Of a DNA stretch of 64,000 nucleotides, positions 43,225-57,715 are shown one piece after another. Made by a program: the position numbers and the translations under genes. Source of the stretch: the human T2T-CHM13v2.0 reference genome, Homo sapiens; NCBI RefSeq assembly GCF_009914755.1, contig NC_060945.1. One strand, written 5' to 3'. How positions within the stretch are numbered: position 1 is the stretch's first letter; each line of letters begins with the position of its first letter. The notes under the pieces were generated by a model that made no database searches, was not told the DNA's origin, and worked only from the letters and a program-made list of their open reading frames with translations.

Positions 43225-45758
43225 TTTTAATTTAATTTTATTTTAAGTTCCAGGATACGCGTGCAGAACATTCAGGTTTGTTACATAGGTATACATGTGC
43301 TATGGTGGTTTGCTGCACCTATCAACCCGTCATCTAGATACTAAGCCCCTCACGCCTTAGCTATTTATCTTGATGCTCTCCCTCCCCCTCCCCCACTCCC
43401 CAAACAGGCCCCAATGTGTGTTGTTCCCCTCCTTGTGCCCATGTGTTCTCATTGTTCAGCTCCCACTTATAAGTGAGAACATGGAGTGTTTGGTTTTCTG
43501 TTCCTGTGTTAGTTTGCTGAGGATAATGGCTTCTAGCTCTATTCATGTCCCTGCAAAGGACATGATCTCTTTTCTTTTTATGGTTGCATAGTATTCCATG
43601 GTGTATATGTACCACATTTTCTTTATCCAGTCTATCATTGATGGGCATTTTGGTTAATTCTATGTTTTTGCTGTTGTCGATAGTGCTGCAGTGAACATAC
43701 ATATGCATGTATCTTTATGATAGAATGATTTATATTCCTTTGGGTAGATATCTAATAATGGGACTGCTGAGTCACATAGTATTTCTGGTTCTAGGTCTTT
43801 GAGGAATTGTCACACTGCCTTCCACAATGGTTGAACTAATTTACATTCCCACCAACAGTGTAAAAGCATTCCTATTTCTCCACAGCTTCACCAGCACCTG
43901 TTGTTTCTTGACTTTGAGAATTGTTATTCTGACTGGTGTGAGATGCTGTCTCGTTGTGGTTTTGATTTGCATTTCTCTAGTGATGTTGAACTTTTTTCAT
44001 TTGTTTGTTGGCTGCATAAATGTCCTCTTTTGAGAAGTGTCTGTTCGTGTCCTTTGCCCAGTTTTTTTTTTTTTTTAAGTATTTATTGATCATTCTTGGG
44101 TGTTTCTCGGAGAGGGGGATGTGGCAGGGTCATAGGATAATAGTGGAGAGAAGGTCAGTAGATAAACACGTGAACAAAGGTCTCTGGTTTTCCTAGGCAG
44201 AGGTCCCTGCGGGCTTCCGCAGTGTTTGTGTCCCTGGGTACTTGAGATTAGGGAGTGGTGATGACTCTTAAGGAGCATGCTGCCTTCAAGCATCTGTTTA
44301 ACAAAGCACATCTTGCACCGCCCTTAATCCATTTAACCCTGAGTTGACACAGCACATGTTTCAGAGAGCACGGGGTTGGGAGTAAGGTTATAGATTAACA
44401 GCATCCCAAGGCAGAAGAATTTTTCTTAGTACAGAACAAAATGGAGTCTCCTATGTCTATTTCTTTCTACACAGACACAGTAACAATCTGATCTCTCTTT
44501 CTTTTCCCCACATTTCCCCCTTTTCTTTTTGACAAAACCGCCATCGTCTTCATGGCCCGTTCTCGATGGTCGCTGTCTCTTTGGAGCCGTTGGGTACACC
44601 TCCCAGATGGGGCGGCTGGGCAGAGGCGCTCCTCACTTCCCAGACGGGGTGGCCGGGCAGAGGCGCTCCTCACATCCCAGACGATGCTTTGCCCAGTTTT
44701 TAATTTTTTTTTTTTTGTAAATTTGTTTAAGTTCCTTGTAGATTCTGGATATTAGACCTTTGTCAGATGGTTAGATTGTAAGAATCTTCTCCCATTCTGT
44801 AGGTTTTTTGTTTACTCTGACAGTTTTTTTTCTGTGCAGAAGCTCTTTAGTTTAATTAGATGCCATTTATCAATTTTAGCTTTTGTTGCAGTTGCTTTTG
44901 ACGTTTTCCTCATGAAATCTTTGCCTGTGCCTATGTCCTGAATGGTATTGCCTAGATTTTTTTCTAGGGTTTTTATAGTTTGGGGTGTTAAATTTAAGTC
45001 TTTAATCCATCTTCAGTTAATTTTTGTATGAGGTACAAGGAATGGGTCCAGTTTCAATTTTCTGCATATGGCTAGCCAGTTTTCCCAGCACCATTTATTA
45101 AATAGAGAATCCTTTCTCCGTTGCTTGTTTTTGTCAGGTTTTTCGAAGATCAGATGGTTGTAGATGTACAGTCTTACTTCTGAGATCTCTATTCTGTTCC
45201 ATTGGTCTATGTGTCTGTTTTCATACCAGTACCATGCTGTTTAGGTAATTGTAACCTTGTAGTATAGTTTGAAGTCAGCTAGTGTGATGCCTCCAACTTT
45301 GTTCTTTTTGCTTAGAATTATCTTGGTTATACAGGCTCTTTTTTGGTTCCATATGAATTTTAAAGTTTTTTTTTTTTTCTAATTTTGTGAAGCATGGCAG
45401 TGGTAGTTAAATGGGAATAGTACTGAATTTACAAGTTACTTTGGGCAGCGTGACCATTTTTGTGATATTGATTCTTCCTATCCATGAGCATGGAATGTTT
45501 TTCCATTTGTTTGTGTCCTCTCTGATTTCCTTAGCAGTAGTTTGTAGTTCTCCTTAAATAGGTCCTTCACTTCCCTTGTTAGCTGTATTCCTAGATATTT
45601 TATTCTCTTTGTAGCAATTGTGAATGAGAGCTCATTCATGAGTTGGCTCTCTGCTTGTCTATTCTTGGTGTGTAGAAATGCTTGTGATTTTTGCACATTG
45701 ATTTTTTATCCTGAGACTTTGCTGAAGTTGCTTATCAGCCTAAGAAGCTTTTGGGCTG
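43225..45758 (-). mobile_element. 5'-truncated L1PA (L1PA8-13 type), 3' UTR plus ORF2 C-terminus
   Basis: CAGGTTTGTTACATAGGTATACATGTG..GGTGGTTTGCTGCACCTATCAACC; ORF 45478-45696 ([21 protein letters not shown]) is L1 ORF2. Confidence 0.95.
44062..44686 (-). mobile_element. 5'-truncated SVA (SVA_A-like): two VNTR units, SINE-R and poly(A)
   Basis: GGGCAGAGGCGCTCCTCAC VNTR units, HERV-K LTR5-derived SINE-R, perfect TSD CTTTGCCCAGTTTTT (44052-44066, 44687-44701). Confidence 0.95.
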
Positions 45759-46378
45759 CCCAAGCCCCCTTTTTTTTCCCTCCTTAGTCATAAAGGAAAA
45801 AACGATCTAGATTTGGCATCTTCCATAGAAAAGAGGAATAGGTATGTTTGCCTTTCTCACATGGACAGTCGAAGGCGAGTCTTTGTGGGTAGTCCCATCT
45901 AAAGTGTCTAGGAAGCTCCTGTGGACATGGTGCTGGCGTACTGAAGTGGGATCTTCTACTCCTGCTTGATTTTCTGACCTTCTGAGAGTGAGATGGTAAA
46001 AACTGAAATCTCCAGCATGGTCTGCCACTAGAACCTTCATTCTTGCCCTGCCTGCCCCACAGTGCTTAAAATATTAGAACAATATTGCTATTGCTCAAGA
46101 AAGAACCACTTCTGCTAGTGCCAGTGACTCGCTGTTTCTTGAAGGAGTTACAAGCTTTGAAAACATGCAGGAAAATGATGAGGTAGAAACATTCTGATCA
46201 CCTCAAAACAGTACCTGTTCAGTAGTGAAGCCACAGCTTTTTTTTTTTTTTGGTTATTAGCTAGGGCAGACTGATATGGACATTCAAGATGCCATTCACT
46301 TTATTTGGACAAAGCTGGGTGGACTACAGATTGATTTTCACAATTCCACTCCACCTAATTCATGATGAGAAATTCTAA

Positions 46379-46687
<309 letters not shown>

Positions 46688-46994
46688 TTAGGGTGTTATT
46701 TTTTGCCTGTATAAAGTGTTTTAGCAAGACTTTGGAGGGGGTGCTGTAGGGGGTGTTAACTGGGTACCCTTTAAACAGGAAAGTCCCCATGATGTCATTT
46801 CTGGATTAAAAGGTATGCATATGTAATTGACATTTCTTGAACGTTCATAATTTGCCAAGTACCATGCCCACTGCTTGATAAACATTATCTAACTTAATCT
46901 TTATAATAACCCTATGAAGTCAATGTTATATGGTTTCTATTTGCAGATGAGACACTGGCATAGGAGGGTCAAGTAACCTTCCCAAGGTCATTGA

Positions 46995-47489
<495 letters not shown>

Positions 47490-47745
47490 TAAATGCATTT
47501 GTTACAGAGCAAGTTTTCTACTCATAGGCTGCCTCTTTTAAGGGAGGCAAAGGGAGCTTCCTTTAATCATCCCATTATGAGACAATTCTTTTGACTTAAA
47601 ATTTGCTGCAACCTGTGACCTGGGAAGAGACCATCTAGGCACCACTGTTTATCTTCTACCATCTCATTTCTAGTCCAGCCACCCGGGAGTGAAGTGATCT
47701 GAATCTCTCAAATGCCAGTTGCTTCTTTTTAATCTTGTCTTCTAG

Positions 47746-47852
47746 GAAAACAATTTATCCTCCTATTAGCAATATAAATTCCAGTGATCTATCCTTGGAA
47801 AAGCCTATTCAAACATAAAAATACTGACTTTGATCTGATAACAACTTCATAA
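47746..47852 (+). pseudogene. Candidate exon 20 (GKQFILLLAI*IPVIYPWKSLFKHKNTDFDLITTS*)
   Basis: Strong acceptor CTTTTTAATCTTGTCTTCTAG; phase 1 to 0 at TAA|GTATAT. Confidence 0.45.
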
Positions 47853-49108
47853 GTATATACTAGGATTCCAATTTAAATTTTGGCTTGTGACTTTTTGAAT
47901 CAGTTCCTTCCTCCTCTATTTCTTAATTAGTAGACCCATGAGAAATCAAAATGGATGAAAGGAAGGGGAGATATGTACAGTTGCTGAATGATAGGATAAC
48001 TTAATAGTTCTTCTTGCATTAGGGGCAGAGGAGCTGTGAAAGAGAAGGGCACACTTTCCTTAAATGCCTGCTCTGTGTCAGGAACTATATTAGATATAAC
48101 TAGTTGGTTCCACTTCAGAACACTGCTAGACCTGAACCAGGACCTACTGACTCATAAAAGTTTAGAGTTGGAAAGAATCTCAAAGGTCATTTAGTCCAGC
48201 CCTCACCCATTCGGTGAGTCCTCCAACAATATGTTATTTTGTGCTTTCTAGTCCCCTTTTGAACTGTGTATTCCCCACTGCAGCTTATTCCATGGTTAAT
48301 AATTCTAATTATCAAAAAGTTTTAGCATACATTGTATATAACTCTGTCTCCAGGTAATGTCCACCCAGGATTCCTCTTTCTATCCTCTATAGCCCAGACA
48401 GTATGATGCCTCCCTGTGGCAATCTTCCAGGTATTGAAAGTTGGACATGAAGTGGCCCACAGGGCTCCTCCAGGCCAAATGTTATCAAGATGAGTTTAGA
48501 CTTAGGGTTAGTGTGACTCGAGACTCACCAGCCACCTTCAGGGTTCCTGCAGCCCTCCACATCTCATTTTTCCCTGTGGCTCTGGGCTAAGTGTGCATAG
48601 TTGATATCATTCCATAGCCCCTTTCCTCTAAATAAATACTTCTTTAGGCATCAAGATGTATTATTATCCATATATTCACTACCATTTAAGTGTCTAAAAA
48701 GTACACATGCTTTATGTATATTAACTTTATCCCACAGAAAATCCTTGGATGATAGGTGTTAGAACTATATGAAACTGTCATCTTTATAGGTCAGAAATGG
48801 TTGAATATTAGCAATTTCAAGTGGCTTAATTATTACAAATCAGATTTGACAGATGAGAAAAATGGAGACTTGGAAATGTTGCATATATCATTCAAGCCCA
48901 CAAAGCCAGCAAGAGGAGGCTGAGGTCTACACCTGAATCTGTCTAGCTCTAAAGTGGGCTTGTCCTGCTGCACGTGCTGTTTCCATATGCATTATCTTGC
49001 AGTTGCATATGCAACATTCAAAGTAAAGATGAAGGGGTCACAGTCTTTTGGAAAGGAAAGAGGAATTTGAGACATTTACATGTTTGCTAAGTAAATCTTT
49101 ATTCCCCA

Positions 49109-49490
49109 TGATGTGGTTTGGCTCTGGGTCCACACCCAAATCTCATCTCAAATTGTAATCCCCGTGTATCAAAGGAGGGACCTGTAATCCTCACGGGTTG
49201 AGGGAGGGAGATGATTGGATCATGGGGACAATTTCCTCCATGCTGTTCTCATAATAGTGAGTGAGATCTCATGAGATCTGATGGTTTTATAAGTGTTTGG
49301 AAGTTCCTCTTTTGTGCTTCTCTCTCCTGCTGCCTTGTGAAGAAGGTGACTGCTTCCCCTTCCACCATGACTGTAAGTTTTCTGAGGCCTCCCCAGCCAT
49401 GTGGAACTGTGAGTCAATTAAACCTCCTTCTTTTGTAAATTACCTGGTCTCAGGTATTTCTTTATAGTAGTGTGAAAACAGACTAATACA
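49109..49490 (+). mobile_element. THE1D-like solo LTR
   Basis: TGATGTGGTTTGG...GACTAATACA; perfect TSD CCCCA. Confidence 0.9.
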
Positions 49491-49899
49491 CCCCACTTAC
49501 TATGTGTATGACCTCGAGGAATTTATTGAACCTCCCTGAGAAACAATTAGCTCATCTAAAATTGGGTTATTAATATTTAACTTGTAGTACTTGTGTGAGG
49601 ATGAAGTAGATTGATATTCTGTCAAGCTGCTGCCCAGTGCTCTTCGATGCCTGGCATGTCCTGCTCTACATAGAGTTTTAGCCCATTCACTCACTAACTC
49701 ACCTCTGTCAAAGGTAGCCCAATTTGTTTCTGTAAAGGGCCAGTACTAATAATGTAGGCTTTGTGGGCCAAGAGGAAATTTCCTCAACTCTTTGAGCGTG
49801 TGGTCTTTCTGAAAGGCTAATAGTCCTTTTTATGTTTTACTTTTAAAAATGTAAAAACTATTCTTAGCACACAGCCCATACAAAAATAGATGTCTCCAG

Positions 49900-52800
49900 C
49901 AGCTTCCCACTCATCTCTCTCTCTCAATATTCCTTCCTCATTCATCCAGAAAACAGGAGCTATCAGATGGGATGGGCTCCCTCTGCCATGCCTCCCTTCA
50001 TGCTGCCCACATTCTCTTTCCTGTCTCTGTTTTTAATTTTAATTTTTAATTTTACTGTTTTGGGACAGGGTCTGTTTCTGTCACCCAGGCTGGAGTGCAG
50101 TTGTGTGATCTTGGCTCACTGAAGCCTTGACCCCCCAACTCAAGCGATCCTCCCACCTCAGTGTCCCGAGTAGCTGGAATTACAGGTGCCCACCACCACA
50201 CCTGGCTAATTTGAAAATTTTTGTAGAGATGGGGCCTCACTCTGTTACCCAGGCTGGTCTCAAACTTCTGTGCTTAATGGTCCTCCCACCTTGGCCTCCC
50301 AAGTGCTGGGATTACAGGTGTGAGTCACCACACCTGGCCTCTTTTCATCTCTGGTCACAGTGAAGGAGCTCACTGGTCTCCTGACCCAGCCAGCCCCTTC
50401 AATTGTACATTATGTCCTGTTGCCTCCCACTTATTCAGGAATATTGTTCCATCCATCCTCTTCTATCTCCTTTAAAGCACTAATATTTCTTCACTGGATC
50501 TTCCCTATCAACATGCAAACATGCTATGATTTGTCGCATTCTAAAAAATTCCCTTGACTCCACTTTCTCCTCCACCTGCCACTTCATATTTCTCCCAGCA
50601 AAACTCCATGAATGAATTAACTACATAGGCTAACTCCAATTTCACTCTTTCCATTCTTTCTTCACCATTACTCTATCAAGGTCAGTAATGACCTTCAGGT
50701 ACTCCAATGAGCAGTTCTCAGTCCCCCAGGACTGACTTTGCCACAGATGGCCACAGGGTCATTCCCTTCTTTCTCGATGAGCCCTTCACTTGCCTTCTGG
50801 GATACCAGGCTGTACTGCCTTTCCTCCTTAGTTGCTGCTGATTCCTTCTCAGCTTCATGGTCTCTTGATTTTGGAGTCCCAAGGATTAGTCCTTGCATGT
50901 CTTCTATTTTTTTAAATCTGCATTCACTCTCATAGTGATTTTGTACAACCTCATGACTTTAAGGACCATCCATATGTTGATGATTCCTATATGTATATCT
51001 CCAGCCTGACCTGTTTCCTGAACTCCGGATTTATATACCTGACTGTCCATTCAACATCTCCCTATTAGGCATGTCAAACTTAGCATGGCCATAACTCAGC
51101 TCCTTATATTCTATTTCACCACCAACAAGATTGGCTCCTCTCACAATCTTTCTCATCTCTGAAAATCACAACTCTATTCTTCCAATTACTCAGGCTAAAA
51201 CCCTGGCTTTACTCTTTTTGAAAATTATTAAAATCAACTCTATGACATATATGTCCAGTAAACTGTAATGTTTAAAGTGTACAACTCAATGAGTTTGGGT
51301 ATACACCCATAATGCCATTGCCACAATTAATTTACAGAACATTTCTATCTCCCTTTGTCACCCATTCCTCCCTTCAAGTCTGTCCCCAAGAGACCACTGA
51401 TTTACTTTTCATCATGGCTAGTTTACATTTTCCGGAATTTTATATAGATGGAGTTATACAGTAGGTACTCTCGTTATGTCTCTTTTACTTAGAGTGAATA
51501 TTTTGATATTTATTCATGTGTGAAATGGTAGTTTGCTTCTTTGTGTTGTGATTAACATTTCATTATATAGACACACCACGATTTGCTTATGCATTCTTCA
51601 TGTGATGAACGTTTGACTTGCTCCCAGTTGTTGGCTATTATGATTAAAGTTGCCATGAACATTCCATAGTGGTCTTTGTGTAGGTATTTGATTTCATTTT
51701 TCTTGAGTAAATCACCTAAGAGTGGCATGTTTGGGTGGGTAGGTGCATTGTGTAGCTTCTTAAGAAACTGCCAAATAATTTTCCAAGGTGGCTGTACCAT
51801 CTTGCATTTCCACGAACAGTGGATTATAGTTCCAGTTCCTCCACATTCTCACTTGACTATATCTTTGCTCTCTTTTTCTCATGTCCAGCATCCCATTCAT
51901 TAGCAAGTTCTGTTGCCCAAACCTTCAAAATATACCTAGAATCTTATCCCTTTTCATCCTATTACTGTGACCATTTGGGTCTGAGACAGTCTCATCTCTC
52001 ATTGGATTTTTTGCAATAGCTTCCTGCTTGTACCCTTGTTTTCTTCAGTGTTCTAACACAGCAGTTGAAATAAACCTGTTAAAATATAAGCAGCTTCTAT
52101 CATTCCACTGTTTTATTTTATTTGAGACAAAGTCTTGCTCTTTCACCCAGGCTGTCATAACCATAGTTCACTGCAGCCTTGAACTCCTGGGCTCAAGTGA
52201 TTCTCCTGCCTTGGCCTCCCAAGTAGCTAGGACTACAAGCACATGCCACCACACCCAGTTAATTTTTAAGTTTTTGTTGTAGAGAGGTGAGTCTTGCTAT
52301 GTTGCCCAGGCTGGTCATGAATTCCTGGCTTCGAGGGATCCTCTTGTCTCAGCCTCACTCCACTGTTTATAACTCTCAGTGCCTTCCCATCTCAGAGCTG
52401 ATGCCAAGACATCCCAGTGCATATCTGGCCATCCCTCGCACTCTTTACCTTTCCACCCTCCTACTTCTCTTCCCCTCTTTTCTTTCTCTCTATGCTGTTC
52501 TTTGAACACACAAGTATGCTCCTATCTCAGGGCCTTTGCTGATGCTGTTCTAAGGCTCCCTTCTTTCCCAGATATATGTACATGACTTGCATTCTCATTT
52601 CCTTCAGAACTTTACTCCAATGACACTTTTCCTATGAAGCTTTCTGTGATTCTTCCATTTAAAATTGCACCCTCCCCACACTTTGTTTCATTTCCCTACT
52701 TTATTTTTTGTCATTACACTTATCACCATTTGGTATTCAATATATATTTGTTGATCATCTACTGTGTGCTAAGGATCATTCTAGGTCCCAGGGATGAAAA

Positions 52801-52990
52801 TTAAATGGAACAGTCAAAACTCTATCATGATAGAATTTGCACATATATTACTAATTTATCTTGCTTCTCAATTGTTTCCCATTCACTAGAATAAAAGCGT
52901 TGTGATAACAGGGATGCTATTGGTTTTGTTCAGTGCTGCATCGCTAGTGCCTAGAATGCCTGGCAAATAGTAGGCTCTTAACAAACACCA
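49900..52990. mobile_element. L2 relic interrupted by AluJ (50030-50339, minus), an L1MB-type fragment (~51215-51855, minus) and AluJ (52110-52357, minus)
   Basis: L2 phrases (CAGGGCCTTTGC, CACTAGAAT..GTGCCTAGAA) and L1M 3' phrases (AAACTGCCAAATAATTTTCCAAGGTGGCTGTACCA). Confidence 0.7.
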
Positions 52991-53030
52991 AGCTGTTGTC
53001 TCTTTTTTTTTCCTTTTTTTTTCCAAATAA

Positions 53031-53178
53031 AAAAAAGCAATCCTTGCTCCAAGTGTGGAATAGATTGCTGCAGTGTCATACTTTAGACCTTGAGGGAATC
53101 TGCAGCCTGTGAAAACTGAAGACACAATTGAATTGCTAATTAAAGATCGGAACCAGTTCAATTCTATGATCCTCTAAG
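53031..53178 (+). pseudogene. Candidate exon 21 (KKAILAPSVE*IAAVSYFRP*GNLQPVKTEDTIELLIKDRNQFNSMIL*)
   Basis: Long poly-pyrimidine tract, but the acceptor reads TAA and the donor G|GAAAGG (both decayed); phase 0 to 1 bridges exons 20 and 22. Confidence 0.3.
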
Positions 53179-53675
53179 GAAAGGATTTTAAGTGGTGAAG
53201 TAGTATTAATCTCACTTTCCAGACTACTTATCATGGCAGAGCAAAGTTCTCCTTAGCCCCTTCCAAGACCTTTAGACCAGCCTGAGAGCTGAGTGATGAG
53301 GCTGGCTGCTCCACCAATTGCCCCTTCCTTAGGGGACATGTCTTTTAACACTTCTTTCTAGACCAGTGCTTCCCGAAATATAGTCTCTTGACTACCTGCA
53401 TTAGCATTGATCAACTTAACCACTGAATAAGAATCTCTGGAGGTGGGCTTCTAAAAATCTTCATTTTTTACAAACTCTGGAGGTAGTTGGTTAGAATTTG
53501 AAGCTTGCAATTATTTGTTTTAAAATCTGAGTTAGTGCGTCTGGATCCAGGAGGATTAAATTACTGTACTTGATGGCAGTATGGCAGGAAGCATCCGGGG
53601 GTAAATTACAATGTCCAGGAGAGGATTAGAAGCTTTCATTAAAGCTCAACGTTAGTATTTTTTTGGCTATGCCCT

Positions 53676-54132
53676 CGTTACAAGTTGAATTTTATATTCC
53701 CCCCAAATGAAGTTCCAACTCACAGCGCCTCAGAATGTGACCTTAATTGGAAATAGGGACATTGCAGATGTGATTTGTTAAGACAAGGTCACACTGAAGT
53801 AGAGTGGGCCCTAATCGGACTGGTGTCCTCATGAAAAGATCTCCATGTGAAGAGACACAGGGAGAATGTTATGTGAAAATAAGGGATTGGAGGGATACAT
53901 CTGTAAGCCAGGGAACACCAAAAATTGACAGCAAATCCCCAGAAGTTAGGAAGAGGCAAGGGTTTTCTCTACAGATTTCAGAGGGAGCATGGTCCTGCTG
54001 ACACCTTGATTTTGGACTTCTAGCCTCCAGAACTGTGAACATTTCTGAACAACACATTTGAAAAATACATTTCTGTTGTCTTAAGTCACCAATTTTGTGG
54101 TACTTTGTTATGGCAGCCCCAGGAAACTCACA
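53676..54132 (+). mobile_element. MLT1B/C LTR
   Basis: CTCAGAATGTGACCTT.., GACTTCTAGCCTCCAGAACTGTGA. Confidence 0.85.
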
Positions 54133-54254
54133 GGAAACCTTTATGTTTCACTAACAGCTACAATGATATTGTTGAGATGGGACTGTAGATGAAAGAACAA
54201 GCAGGAGTGATAACTTCAGGGATTTTTAGAACTCAGGAAATTTTAAATGGAGGC

Positions 54255-55700
54255 TTGAGATTTCCCTAAAGGATAGACAGATAGACCACTGGAAGACTGG
54301 GAAACCAAGAAAAATGTCAACACCTACATGAAAGCTGATGTATGATGTAAGTGGCATTGTTAAATCAGTGAGAAAGCAATGGACTAGATAACATGTAGGA
54401 GTGGGAAAATTGGCTATCCACATGCAAAAATAAAACTAGAGCTCATATAATAATAAGAGTAATCCCTTCCACTGCACTCAGTAGGTGCTGTTCTAAAAGG
54501 TTTTGTATATTCTAATTGCAACTTTACTCTTACCTATGAGTAATATTATATATTCTAATTGCAACTTTACTCATACCTATGATTAGGTACCCATTTACAG
54601 ATTAAGAAACTGGAGTACGTGGAAGTTAAATGACAGGTTAAAAAGTGGCAGAGCTGAGAAGTGAACCCAGGTAGTCTGCCTCCGGACTCCATGCTCTCAA
54701 TCACGATGCCATGCTGCTTTGCATCTCCTAGGGATGTGAACTCAAGGTTCGTTCAACACCTGACTGTGAAAATAGAAACTCTAAAAATTTAGAAGAAAAT
54801 AAAGGATAATATCTTCAAGACTTTAGGGTAGGGAATAAAGAAAACAGAAAACATACAAATTATAGAGATAAATATTGACAACACAAACTACATAAAACAT
54901 TTTTGTTCATCAAAAGGTATTATAATAAGAAAGAAAAATATTTGCAGCATGTATAATCAATAGAAGATTAATATCCAGTTTATATAAGAAATTCTCTACA
55001 TCAATAAGAAAAGCACAACAAACAACATTATCAAAAAATGGTCCCCCCCAAAAAAAAGAACATGGAATCTCACAGAAATAATAAATTACAAATACTGATT
55101 TGAAGAGATTATTAACTCCACTAGTAATGTGGATAATGGTAAAAGAAATCACTGTGAGGTATAATTTGACACTCATCATACTGGCAGAAAATTTAAAGTC
55201 TGACAATACCAAATGGTTACAAGGATATAAGGCAATAACAATTCCTATGCACAGCAAGGGGGAATTTAGATTTGTGTAGCCACTTTGGAGATCAATTTTG
55301 CAATATTTAGTAAAGTTGGAAATTAATTTCCTCTGTGACTCAGCAGCTTTTACTCTAGAAATATACCCTAGGACATCTTGCCCATATTCCCAGGGAGACA
55401 GAGCCAAATGGTTTATTGTAGCAAACACTTAGAAACAGCTTCAGTAGCCATCAACAGAAATGTGGATTAACTCATGGTGGAGTGTTCATATGATAGATAC
55501 TATGTAATACTGAAAATTAATGAACTAGAGCCAAATACATTCATGAAAGAACCTCATAAACATAATGTTGCTTGAAAAAGCAAATTGAATAAAAATATAT
55601 AAAAATTTAAAACATACAAATAAGACTAAAAGTTAAAAAATAAAAGAAGAACATATAAAGGTAAAAAATATACAATACAAATACATGCACCTACTATGTA
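54255..55700 (+). mobile_element. Old L1M fragment with an inserted MIR (~54460-54715)
   Basis: ATAGACCA.TGG, AATTGGCTATCCACATGCAAAAAATAAA, GCCACTTTGGA.. L1 ORF2/3' phrases. Confidence 0.7.
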
Positions 55701-55705
55701 CCCAC

Positions 55706-57508
55706 TGATATGGTTTGGCTGTGTCCCCACCTAAATCTCATCTTGAATTGTAGTTCCTGTAATCCCCATGTGTCATGGGAGGGACCTGGTGGGAAGTAAT
55801 CAAATCATGGGGGTGGTTAGCCCCATGCTGTTGTCCTCATGATAGTGAGTTCTCATGAGATCTGATGGTTTTATAAGGGGCTTTTCCCCCTTTTGCTTGG
55901 TGCTTCTCCTTGCTGCCACCATGTGAAGAAGGACGTGTTTGCTTCCCCTTCTGCCGTGATTGTAAGTTTCCTGAGGCATGCCCAGACATGCTGAACTGTG
56001 AGTCAATTAAACCTCTTTCCTTTATAAATTACCCAGTCTCAGGTATGTCTTTATTAGCAGCATGAGAAGGGACTAATACAGTAAATTGGTACCAGGTAGT
56101 GGGATGCTGCTGTAAAGTGCCTGAAAATGTGGAAGTAACCTTGGAATTGGGTAACAGGCAGAGGTTGTGAAACAGGAGAGTTCCCTGACCTCCTTCACAG
56201 GACATGTGACAAGGGTGTGGCTCTCTGTTCAGCCACTGTGAGGGAGGGGGAGCACACAGAGGGGCAGAGGCAGGAACTAGGGTGAGCACTTTTGGGCTCT
56301 AGCCCCGTGGCAGTGTCTAGGGGTGGTTGTCTGTGACTCCCAAAGACCAGTGGACACATGTTACAGTGTACTCTTTTAGCCTTGCTCTCCACCGATAGCT
56401 TAAGTGTTAACCAGCTCAGTGGACTCTATGCCTTTTTGCAAGGGCAGAGGGCCAGTGTGATAGCCTTCTGGATCCTGAGCTCTTGTCTAGCATCCTGGAA
56501 GAATTGGGTCACACACAGACTTGAAGGATGAATGTGGGGGTTTTATTGAGTGGTAGAGGTGGCTCTCAGTGGGATGTATGGGGAGCTGGACAGGGGATAG
56601 AGTAGGAAGATGATGTTCCCCTGGATTATGGCTGTCCAGTTGCCAATCTCCTCTCTGACCATACCCAGCTGAACTCCTTTTGATGTTCAGATATTCCTTC
56701 TCTTCTCTCCTTCTCTGCTGTGCTATTCTGCCACTCTTCTGCTCCTCTGTTCATCTGGTTATGGAGTCTGGGGTTTGGGATTTATATGGGTACAGAATAT
56801 GGGGATGTGGTGAGCCAAAAGGCAACTTTTTGAGCATGAAAACAGAAATACCTGTTCTCAGGGCTGTGGGTATCAAGGCTTGAGGGTGGGAACTGCTCTT
56901 TTCTATCCAGTAGTTTCCTGTCTCCTGTCCCTGTCATTTGGAACAGTTTGGAGGTCTCAGAAGAAGATAGGAAAATGTGGGAAAGTTTGGAACTTCCTAG
57001 AGATTTGTTGAATGGCTTTGACCAAAATGCTGATGGTGATATGGATAATAAAGTCAAGGCTGAGATGGTCTCAGGTGGAGATGAGGAACTTGTTGGGAAC
57101 TGGAGTAAAGGTCACACTTGCTGTGCAAAGAGACTGGTGGCATTTTCCCCCTGTCCTAGAGATCTGTGGAACTTTGAATTTGAGAGAGATGGTTTAGGGT
57201 ATCTGGCAGAAGAAATTTCTAAGTGGCAAAGTGTTTAAGGGTAAGCAGAGCATAAAAGTTTAGAAAATTTGTAGCCTGACAATGTGATAGAAAATAAAAC
57301 CTCATTTTCTGGGGAGAAATTCAAGATGGCTACAGAAATTTGCGTAAGTAACAAGAAGCCAAATGTTAATCACCAGCACAATGGGGAAAATGTCTCCAGG
57401 GCATGTCAGAGACCTTTATGGCAGACCCTCCCATCACGGTCCCAGAGGCCTAGGAGGGAAAAATGGTTTCCTGGGCCCTGTCCAGGGCTCCACTGCTCTA
57501 TACAGCCA
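55706..57508 (+). mobile_element. THE1 5' LTR (55706-56080) plus internal region, 3'-truncated
   Basis: LTR followed by GTAAATTGGTACCAG; ORF 56948-57238 (MWESLELPRDLLNGFDQNAD) is THE1-int. Confidence 0.9.
56168..56936 (-). mobile_element. ERV1 LTR (LTR1/LTR27/LTR28-like) nested in THE1-int
   Basis: Minus strand starts TGACAGGGACAGGAGACAGG; splits THE1-int GAGGTTG|GAACAG; TSD GTTG/TTTG. Confidence 0.75.
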
Positions 57509-57518
57509 GCCTGCCTGC

Positions 57519-57715
57519 TTTCCTTCCTTCTTTCTTTTTCTTTCTTTTCTTTTCTTTTCTTTTTTTCTTCTTTTCTTTTCCTTTCTTTCTTTCTTTCTTT
57601 TTCTTTTTCCTTCCTTCCTTCCTTCCTTCCTTCCTTCCTTCCTTCCTTTCTTTCTTTCTCTCTCTCTCTTCTTTCTTTCTCCCTCTCCCTTTCTCTTTCT
57701 TTCCTTTTCTTTTTT
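57519..57715. repeat. Pure pyrimidine compound microsatellite (CTTT/CCTT/CT)n; tail of AluJ 57713-57993 (minus)
   Basis: Direct reading. Confidence 0.95.

Noticed and set aside
54910-55428. 172-aa minus-strand ORF
   Set aside because: Antisense reading of a decayed L1M
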